From positions 26,350,001 to 26,414,000 of the forward strand of contig OX597817.1 in assembly GCA_951406725.2 (NCBI GenBank): a DNA stretch of 64,000 nucleotides, read 5' to 3'. Made by a program: the position numbers and the translations under genes. The stretch's first letter is position 1. Each line of letters opens with the position of its first letter. This DNA comes from Octopus vulgaris. Lineage: Eukaryota. This document shows, piece after piece, positions 54,761 to 64,000 of the stretch. The notes beneath the pieces were generated by a model, which searched no databases, was not told the DNA's origin, and saw nothing but the letters and a program-made list of their open reading frames with translations.

Positions 54761-55539
54761 TAATATATTTTTATATTTCTTATAAAACTTCCTTTCAATG
54801 AAGGGAGAGTCTTTGCAAATTTTATTCTTAATGCCAGACACTGAGACATTTGCTTTATTTTAAAAGTCCTTATATGAAGCCATATCTCAAAGTAAAGACT
54901 TCAGCTCTTTCAGAAACAGTTTGAACCAGTTATTCCTGATAATGTCGAAGTATTTGCATAATACACACTCTATGCAATTACCTGTTTAATTTTTTGCCTT
55001 TTAGTTCAAAGATAAGAAGCAGTAGACAGTATTTGAAGGCTTCTCAGACTGGTGACAAATGAGATTAATGGTTTAGCTGAAAATTATAACAAAATTAACA
55101 TCTAGATAGTCTCAAATCTGTTGATAAATGATTAAGCAAAGTCTTTAGTGAAAGGATTTGAAACAAGAGGTACAATAAAGATGATGAAATGATAAGAAGT
55201 AAATAAACAAAGAAGGGTTTGATTGGTGTGCTGTTTAACTCACAAGTTCAGTGATGAAAAGCCATTGCTATAGTAGAAATAAAAACTATGGATTGTGAAG
55301 CCAGTAGGCGGGCATAATTGGTAGGTGTGGAATGTCAATGTGAGAAGATTTTCTAATCAGTGTAAGGACAAATTTTTATATAGAGCTCAAGAATATTTTT
55401 GACTTGAGTACATGAGAAAGGTGAGTATAACTTTTGTGTGAGTTGTATTTGTAACAAAAATATCAACTGCTGAGGTGAGGAGATTTCTAGCCTCAAAGAG
55501 AAGTACTAAATTTGGACATTTGGTTTGGATCCTACTCAC

Positions 55540-55722
55540 AGTATTTCGTCTGTCGTTACGTTCTGAGTTCAAATTCCGCCGAGGTCGACTTTGCCTTTCA
55601 TTCTTTCGGGGTCGATAAATAAAGTACTAGTTTCGCACTGGGGTTGATGTAATCGACTTAATCTCTTTGTCTGTTCTTGTTTGTCCCCTCTATGTTTAGC
55701 CCCTTGTGGGCAGTAAAGAAAT
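55540..55722 (+). mobile_element. SINE family B, headless (starts gtatttcgtctg)
   Basis: Central block and tail match family B. Confidence 0.85.
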
Positions 55723-56291
55723 ATATATAGAACTATTGTTGGATCATTTTAATCCAATCATGTGTATATATAACATTCAGCAATTACCACCTGATAATGA
55801 TACACCAAAATAATTGTAGTGATTTGCAATAAAGCCTGTTCATTCTAACTTCTTGTATAATTGTTCTTTTTGTATATACTCCATGGACACTTGCTGATTT
55901 CCACATGTATATCCAGTAAAAGGAAATGTTTTACTATATAATAGCATCCGGAAACGAATGCCTGAAGACAATATTATAAATACATTCAGTTCAAAGATGA
56001 CCAAATGGATGGAGCTTGATGAAACTGAACCAAGAATAAGGCAAAACTGCAACTGAAACATATGCAGGTCATTATAATATGCTGTATATAACTATAAAAT
56101 AAATTTTGTGGATGTACGAGTTTCCATACTCTATATTATCAAATAATTTTTACCGCTCAGTGAAGCATACAGAGAATTGCTCATCGGATGGAGGGGAGAA
56201 AACAGAGGGGACACAAGAAAAATGAGGAGTGTAAGGAAGATATGTTGAGAGGAAGATATTTCAGTGGGACACATTGTGTGCAGTTATAAAT

Positions 56292-56359
<68 letters not shown>

Positions 56360-56789
56360 TAAAGTTACATAAGGCCAGTTTATGGGATTACCTTAGGTTT
56401 CACGTCCACAAAGGGCTTGGCTTTATGGTTTACCATCAGATCCCAAAATTTGTTGGCTAAAGGCCTCTCTAGAATATGGAAGAGGAAATGACCTCGTCAC
56501 TCGATGTCAACAAAAGAGGTTGTGTCCATTTGGCAACAAACTGTAGTCACAGACGTCTGTATGTAGGATATTCCTTAAGTCAATAGATAAACATTAGTTC
56601 ACATACATGCGGATGCATTTCCAACAGACACAACTTTAGGGGTTCTTTTAGTTGTAACCCCAATATTAAGAGCATTCTAGTTAGCATCCGTAGACCATGA
56701 GCAGTGGAAGAATGTTCATGCAGGGAACACACCAGATGTCCAGTGAGGGGCCACTGTGAAACCAAGGTAGTCATCTATAAAGCCGAGGT

Positions 56790-57260
56790 ATTGGCTGACC
56801 ATAGCAGCAGCACAATATCAGCAGCTCCTCTGACGGTGACCACAGTAGCAGGGACGTCAGTACCAAGAGTAGCAGCAGCAGCATTCAGCCAACTTAGAAG
56901 TGGTCATCACCCGGACCTCAAGTACTGGCTCTACAAGATCGACCGAACCATAGACAGAACCTGCAGAAAGTGCAGAGTGGGATAGGAGACGGCAGAGCAT
57001 GTCATCTACGACTGTCCACGGATCCATCGCCCATCGCAAATGCCAACCCAACCCCCAGACGCTCTCCTTGTCCTTCGGATCGGGGAAAAGTGGACTGCTG
57101 CTCCCGATCTGCCAGACGTCTCCCAACCCACAGAACAGACGCAGTGAAATCACCCTTACCCATCTTGTTGCTTAACAACAACGACAACAACAACAACATC
57201 AGCAGAAACGCAAACGGAAACAACAGCACCATCGCCAACGACAACAACATCAACGACAGC
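56790..57260 (+). mobile_element. I/R1-group LINE 3' fragment (CCHC zinc knuckle)
   Basis: FSQLRSGHHPDLKYWL...CRKCRVG*ETAEHVIYDCP; (CAA)n-like tail. Confidence 0.75.
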
Positions 57261-57537
57261 AATGGTAGTACCCCTAACGAAAACAGAAGCATCTTAATCA
57301 GCAGAGTGAAATAAACTGTTGATAATACATCTTCATTCGTTATACCTTTACTAATACGTTGTGTGTTTAATACATCCATATTACAAATTAGTGATCAACT
57401 TCAGATTTAAAAAAATAACAAGCCATACATTTTATTGTAAGCTTGACTAGACAACTTTGTTAACCATAATTCTATTAATGCAGAGTACATTAAAGAGGTA
57501 TTTACACAGGTTTATTTCCTTAATTTCCTTCATAATA

Positions 57538-57681
57538 CACACACACACAGATATATATGTGTGTGTGTGTGTGTATGTATATATAAATAAATATAATATA
57601 TATGTATGTGTATATATATGTGTGTGTGTATATATATATAAATATAATATATATGTATGTGTGTATATATATGTGTGTGTG

Positions 57682-57728
<47 letters not shown>

Positions 57729-57822
57729 ATATATATATGTATATGTATATATATATATGTGTGTGTATATATATATATGTATATATATATTTGTATATAT
57801 ATATATAAATATATATATATAC

Positions 57823-57872
<50 letters not shown>

Positions 57873-57927
57873 CACATATATATCTATATATATATATATA
57901 TACACACATATATATCTATATATATAT

Positions 57928-57978
<51 letters not shown>
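57538..57978. repeat. Complex (TA)/(TG) microsatellite
   Basis: Directly visible; source of the YIYI N-terminus of the 608-aa ORF. Confidence 0.95.
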
Positions 57979-57979
<1 letters not shown>

Positions 57980-57981
<2 letters not shown>

Positions 57982-59872
57982 ACTGATGCTATATTCCTGG
58001 TAAGGCAGCTGCAGGAGAAATACCTAGCCAAAGATAAGCCCCTGTACCTGGCTTTTGTTGACATGGAGAAAGCCTTCGACAGGGTCCCCCGATCCCTTAT
58101 CTGGTGGGCAATGAGAAAACTAGGGATAGATGAATGGTTAGTGAGAGCTGTGCGGGCCATGTATAGGGACGCCGCTAGTAGGGTGAGGGTTGGAAATGAG
58201 TACAGTGAAGAATTCCGGGTAGAGGTAGGGGTCCACCAAGGCTCAGTACTCAGCCCCCTCCTATTTATCATAGTCCTCCAGGCAATAACGGAGGAATTCA
58301 AGACAGGATGCCCTTGGGAGCTCCTCTATGCTGATGACCTTGCTCTAATTGCTGAGTCGCTATCAGAACTGGAGGAGAAGTTTCAGGTGTGGAAACAAGG
58401 ATTAGAATCGAAGGGCCTCAGAGTCAATCTAGCTAAAACCAAAGTCGTAATCAGTAGGAAGGTAGACAAATCACAAACACCTTCAGGTAGATGGCCCTGC
58501 TCGATCTGTAGAAAAGGTGTAGGTAGAAACTCTATAAGATGCTCCAAGTGTAAGCTATGGACACATAAGAGATGCAGCAATGTCAAAGGAAGGCTAACTA
58601 GGAAGATGGTTTTTGTATGTGGCAGATGCTCAGGAACAATAAACACTGAAAATGCTCTGAGACCAACTTCTGTCACTTTCCAGGGAGAAAAACTAGAAAT
58701 AGTTGATAGTTTCCGTTACCTAGGTGACCAAGTCAGCAGCGGGGGCGGGTGTGCTGAAAGTGTAACTGCTAGAGTAAGAATAGCTTGGGCAAAGTTCAGA
58801 GAGCTCTTACCTCTGCTGGTGACAAAAGGCCTCTCGCACAGAGTGAAAGGCAGACTGTATGATGCGTGTGTACGAACAGCCATGCTACATGGCAGTGAAA
58901 CATGGGCCGTGACTGCTGAGGATATGCGTAAGCTCGCTAGAAATGAAGCCAGTATGCTCCGATGGATGTGTAATGCCAGTACTCACACTCGGCAGAGTGT
59001 AAGTACCTTGAGAGAAAAGCTGGACCTAAGAAGCATCAGTTGTGGTGTGCAAGAGAGACGTTTGCGCTGGTATGGTCATGTGGCGAGAATGGATGAAGAT
59101 AGTTGTGTGAAAAAGTGCCACACCCTAGCGGTTGAGGGAACCTGTGGAAGAGGCAGACCCAGGAAAACCTGGGACGAGGTGGTGAAGCACGACCTTCGAA
59201 CTTTAGGTCTCACCGAGGAAATGACTAGAGACCGAGACCTCTGGAAGTGTGCTGTGCGCGAGAAGACCCGGCAGGACAAGTGAGTCCACAACCCGTGGCC
59301 TTCTACATGGGATGGAGCCAGCCTACGTATGCATACCTTCCCTTCTTGGGACACAAAACTCTACTTGTGAAGACGTGTTGAGGCAAGTGAGGATCAGAAT
59401 CGAAATCGATCAATGGAAATTGCGGATGTGCTACCAGTGCCGGTGGCATGTCGAAACTCTGCTTGTGAAGACCCATTGAGGCAAGTGAGGATCAGAATCG
59501 AAATCGATCAATGGAAATCGATCAATGGAAATTGCAGATGTGTTACCAGTGCCGGTGGCATGTAAGAGAACCTTCCGTTTCGCGACCGTTGCCAGCACCG
59601 CCCCGTTTCGTGTTCGTTGCCAGCCTCGCCTGGCCCTCGTGCCGGTGGCACATAAAAAACACCATCCGTTCGTGGCCGTTTGCCAGCTCTGGCTGGCACC
59701 AGTGCGGGTGGCACGTAAAAAGCACCCACTACACTCACGGAGTGGTTGGCGTTAGGAAGGGCATCCAGCCGTAGAAACACTGCCAGATTTGACTGGGCCT
59801 GATGAAGCCTTCTGGCTTCACAGACCCCAGCAGAACCGTCCAACCCATGCTAGCATGGAAAACGGACGCTAA

Positions 59873-59903
<31 letters not shown>
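57980..59903 (+). mobile_element. Young 5'-truncated RTE-clade LINE
   Basis: Uninterrupted RT half-ORF, about 600-bp 3'UTR and (GAT)n tail; TA repeats on both flanks. Confidence 0.93.
57982..59283 (+). CDS. RTE reverse transcriptase C-terminal portion (433 codons, no own start) with embedded PHD finger
   Basis: [30 protein letters not shown] (Y at 58327), [30 protein letters not shown]. Confidence 0.9.
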   Translation, partial: TDAIFLVRQLQEKYLAKDKPLYLAFVDMEKAFDRVPRSLIWWAMRKLGIDEWLVRAVRAMYRDAASRVRVGNEYSEEFRVEVGVHQGSVLSPLLFIIVLQAITEEFKTGCPWELLYADDLALIAESLSELEEKFQVWKQGLESKGLRVNLAKTKVVISRKVDKSQTPSGRWPCSICRKGVGRNSIRCSKCKLWTHKRCSNVKGRLTRKMVFVCGRCSGTINTENALRPTSVTFQGEKLEIVDSFRYLGDQVSSGGGCAESVTARVRIAWAKFRELLPLLVTKGLSHRVKGRLYDACVRTAMLHGSETWAVTAEDMRKLARNEASMLRWMCNASTHTRQSVSTLREKLDLRSISCGVQERRLRWYGHVARMDEDSCVKKCHTLAVEGTCGRGRPRKTWDEVVKHDLRTLGLTEEMTRDRDLWKCAVREKTRQDK

Positions 59904-59904
<1 letters not shown>

Positions 59905-59919
59905 ATATATACATATATG

Positions 59920-59950
<31 letters not shown>

Positions 59951-60689
59951 GTGTATATATAACCGTATATGTGTGTATTAAATTTGCAAGAATGATAAAT
60001 CTGTTCTTCTTTACCAGTTTATTTGAATATTCATGGAAGAATTAAAAGAAAGAAAATGTTGAGTAATATAATAATCTGGAGTAATATTTCACAAAATGTG
60101 AAATACTAAATTAAACAATTTTATATCTATATTTTTAGTTTTAAGGAAATAATATTAACAATAAGTTGGGTCAATTAATGAACAAATATGATAAATATAT
60201 TTACAACTGAAATAGCAAAATTTGGGGCAAAAAAAAAATTTGCGATGTATATATGCATGTTTATAGACATATGTATGCACATTCAGAAATTTGTGTATGA
60301 CAATGCAGAGCCATGGGAAGAAGTATGTATGTATTTATAAGTATATTGTGTTTATGCAGATTTGTACAAACTTACACATGGTTCGTGAATTTTCAGAATT
60401 TTGTATATAAAACAGTTGCATCTATGTGCATGTGACTGTGTGTACGTATAAGTGTGTTCATGGTGGATTTTGTTTGATTAATTTTTTTTTAAAGTATTTC
60501 TCCTGGTTTGAACTTAATGTGGCAGTGTTGGGGAGGGTGGGTGAATGCATGTTAGAATTTATATTTGACAGTAATGAGAATGTCACTGATACGGAAAATA
60601 TAAATGATATCAAGTAGCAAAGAAGGCCAGAAACAATTGTTTGTTTGCGCATGTGTGTGTACATGCGTATGAGTGTGTGCATGTGTGTA

Positions 60690-60759
60690 TGTGAGAGAGG
60701 GAGAGTAAGAGAGAGAGGAAGAGTAAGAGAGATGGAGAGTAAGAGAGAGAGGGAGAGTA

Positions 60760-60792
<33 letters not shown>

Positions 60793-60890
60793 AAGAGAGA
60801 GAGAGAGAGAGAGTAAGAGAGAGATGGAGAGTAAGAGAGAGAGGGAGAGTAAGAGAGAGAGGGAGAGTAAGAGAGGGAGAGTGAGAGAGA
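60690..60890. repeat. (GA)-rich minisatellite, unit about gagagtaagagagagagg
   Basis: Directly visible; lies in a purine-rich tract extending to about 61460. Confidence 0.85.
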
Positions 60891-62017
60891 GATAAATAGT
60901 TAGAATTAATAAGAGTAGAGAAAGAGAGAAGAGAGAGTAGTGAAGAACAATAAATAAATCCTGTGAAAGAGAGAAAGATTTGGATAAATGAATAGATAAA
61001 TCGTGCTTGAATGAAAGAGGTGGAGGGAAAGGGGGGGAGAGAAAGAATGGAGATGTGGGTGGTGAGATGAAGAGAAGAGTAAAGAGACAGGAAGATGCTG
61101 TGAAGTAGATGCTATTCACGAGATAGAGACAGAGAGAAAGAAATAGAAAGAAAGAGTGATGGTAGCATGAAGAAACGGGATTGATTGAGGAACAAAGTAC
61201 TCAGGACAGAAAGATGAATGTGAGACATTTAAGAGAAAAAAAAAGGTAAATGGTGAGAGAGAAGAGGTGGGGGAGAAGAAATTAGAGAGAAAGGGAGAAA
61301 GAGAGCAATTGAGTGTATCATGAAAGAGAGAGAGAGAGAGAGAGAGAGAAAACCTGGAGTGAGAGAAAGAAAATAACTGAGACAAAGAGGGAGAGCACCA
61401 AAAAAGAGAGAGGAAGAAAAATTGAAAGTAACAGGGGAAGACAACAGAAGAAAGACAGGTAAGCATTAAGAATAATACAGGTAGGCATCTGGGAAGCAGA
61501 CTTCATCCATCACCTGTTTAACAACACCACCTGGTATCTTATGTGTCTTTAGTAGAGTCCTCTCTGTTGTAACTGTTCAGACCATGCCCTAAGTTCAAGA
61601 GTACCTTCCTTCTTCCCTCCCTCTAATCCTGGGGTCCATGTAAGGAGGCATGGTCACTGTCTTCCTTTTTAAATCTTCTGATAAAAAGAAGAAAAAGTTA
61701 AATTTGCACAAACAGTAAAACAGAAATTCCTAAGTCTAGAGAACACGTGAAGTGGTATAAGTTTTGTAACAAATGATTCAGACATAACTGTGTGGTTAAG
61801 TACATTTTATTTGTAACCAAGTGGTTCTGGGTTCAATCCCATGGGGAAGCATTTGGGGAAGTGTCTCTTACTTTAGCTTCATGTTGATCAATGTCTTGTG
61901 TGTAAAAATTTTGTGGATAGAGACTCTACAGAAGCTTGTCATATATGTATAAAAAACTCAATAAAGCCTGTCATACATTGATGAAAATCTCAATTAAACA
62001 GTGCACTAAATAAGCAT

Positions 62018-62420
62018 ACGCAGGAATGGCTGTGTGATAAGTAGCTTGCTTACCAACCACATGGTACTTGGTTCAGTCCCACTGCGTGACACCTTGGGCA
62101 AGTGTCTTCTACTATAGCCTCGGGCCGACCAAAACCTTATGAGTGAATTTGCTAGATGGAAACTGAAAGAAGCCTGTCGTATATATGTATATATGTTTAT
62201 GTGTGTGTGTGTGTGTGTGTGTGTGTGGGCTTGTCCCCCCAACATCGCTTGACAACCGATGCTGGTGTATTTATGTCTCCGTAACTTAACAGTTTGGCAA
62301 AAGAGACTGATAGAATAAGCACTAGGCTTACAAACAATAAGTCCTGGGATCGATTTTCTCGACTAAAGGCAGTGCTCCAGCATGGCTACAGTCAAATAAC
62401 TGAAACAAGTAAAAGAGTAC
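62018..62420 (+). mobile_element. SINE family A
   Basis: Full structure. Confidence 0.9.
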
Positions 62421-62694
62421 TTAAGTTTCACTTACTATACACAAATATTTAATTTTCAAACTTCTAGAAATGTCGTAGTGGACCAGTGATTAACCGAATG
62501 GATACTTGCAATCAATAATGTTTGATGCTAATTAAAAGAAACAGAAAAGAAATCTAAGTAAAGCAGCCTGGGACAGAAGAATATCTGGTAGAGCGCAAAA
62601 GTTTTTTATCTTCTATTTAATATTGCAGAACCTAAAGTTAAGCAGCATTTTACAAAATAGGGTGACTGAAAATTTTAATATTTCTCTTGGCACA

Positions 62695-63330
62695 AGGTGG
62701 TGAACTGGCAGAATCATTAGCATGCCAGGCAAAATGCTTAGTGACACCTTGTCTGTCAGCATGTTCTGAGTTTAAATTCTTATTTCTTAACTGCCTACAA
62801 GGGGCTAAACATAGAGTGGATAAACAAGGATAGACAAATGGATTAAGTAGATTATATCGACCTCAGTGTGTAACTGGTACTTATTTAATCGACCCCGAAA
62901 GGATGAAAGGCAAAGTCGACCTCGGCGAAATTTGAACTCAGAACGTAGCGGCAGACGAAATACCTATTTCTTTATTACCCACAAGGGGCTAAACACAGAG
63001 GGGACAAACAAGGACAGACAAATGGATTAAGTAGATTATATCGACCCCAATGTGTAACTGGTACTTATTTAATCGACTCCGAAAGGAGGAAAGGCAAAGT
63101 TGACCTCGGTGGAATTTGAACTCAGAACGTAGCGGCAGACGAAATACCGCTAAGCATTTCAACTGGCGTGCTAACGTTTCTGCCAACTCTCCTGAGTTTA
63201 AATTCTGATAAGGTTGGCTTTCCTTTTGAGGATCGATAAATCAAGTACCCAAGTTGAATACTGGGGTCGATGTAATCGACTAGCAACCTCCTTCAAAATT
63301 CCTGGCTTTATACCAAACTCTGAAACCAAT
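62695..63330. mobile_element. Nested SINE B cluster: a minus-strand tandem dimer (62781-63190) inside an older plus-strand copy
   Basis: 15-bp TSD ctgagtttaaattct at 62766-62780 and 63192-63206. Confidence 0.85.
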
Positions 63331-64000
63331 ATTTTTCATGGCAGGATTTAGCTATGTGGATTTGTGCTACCAAAAATATGAGGACTGGAGGTAAATATTC
63401 CACTGTTGCTTATGTTATTATCACCAGAAACACAAAAGGTTATATCATATATCATAAAACTCCGAAACTGCAATTGTAACTCTTTTAAATGATGCTGCAT
63501 CAATGAGCTACTATATTTCTTATTGACTTGATTTCTCTTTTTCTTTCCTTTTTCATAAACGTTTGACATTCAAATCTACAATTATAAAATTCTGATTTGT
63601 TCTAACAAACAATGTAACGTATCTCTGCAATGAAATTTTGAAAATATGCCAGTGTTCTTTGTACGATAGATTTTTGTTTTCAATTTCGTCTTTACTCATT
63701 TGAAGAAAGACTGAAATAGATTTAAAAGATTTCTCAAAGGTCAAATCTTGAAAACTCAAAGAGATACACGCTGGGGTCATGCAACAGAAATTTCAGTGAT
63801 TTTTCAAATTCTGTTAATGTTAAATGTTTCAAAGCTTTTCAACAGTCATTTCCAATTCACAAGGGATGCACATATCATTGATTTACTTTCATATCACAAA
63901 TAGAAAAATCAATCTTGCAAAAATCACAATGCAACCGAAAGTAAATATTTTCAAAAAGTTAGTATACCCAACGGTAATGTAAAATAAAGATTTATCAAAC

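Noticed and set aside
57457-57981. N-terminal ~175 aa of the 608-aa ORF
   Set aside because: Read-through of a stop-free (TA/TG)n microsatellite; not part of the RTE protein.
59430-59730. Repeat-spacer pattern reminiscent of a CRISPR array
   Set aside because: Eukaryotic LINE 3'UTR context; the spacers are mutually related, the repeats are degenerate and there are no cas genes.

Overview
AT-rich eukaryotic genomic DNA, almost certainly intronic or intergenic, and saturated with microsatellites and transposable elements. I recognise the repeat families as Octopus/coleoid cephalopod type; this is recollection, not a database result. No host protein-coding gene could be assembled, and nearly all listed ORFs are microsatellite or SINE read-through. 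Supported content: (i) one young 5'-truncated RTE LINE (57980-59903) with an intact RT C-half carrying an embedded PHD finger and a repeat-array 3'UTR, plus about 15 scattered copies of that UTR; (ii) decayed CR1-, Dong/R4-, RTE- and I-group LINE fragments; (iii) at least four tRNA-derived SINE families (about 20 CORE-type copies, about 10 Meta-like copies); (iv) mariner/Tc1 remnants, pogo-like and piggyBac-like MITEs, and four non-autonomous Helitron-like elements; (v) Penelope-like inserts with minimal hammerhead motifs. Best leads: the PHD-in-RT fusion, tandem compact pseudoknot units in the RTE 3'UTR, a local inverted duplication that triplicated an ETS+NF-kB-like motif, two hairpin elements, and a possible 90-nt exon. 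I cannot claim a new biological system from sequence alone. Coordinates of decayed elements are approximate (about +/-20 bp).
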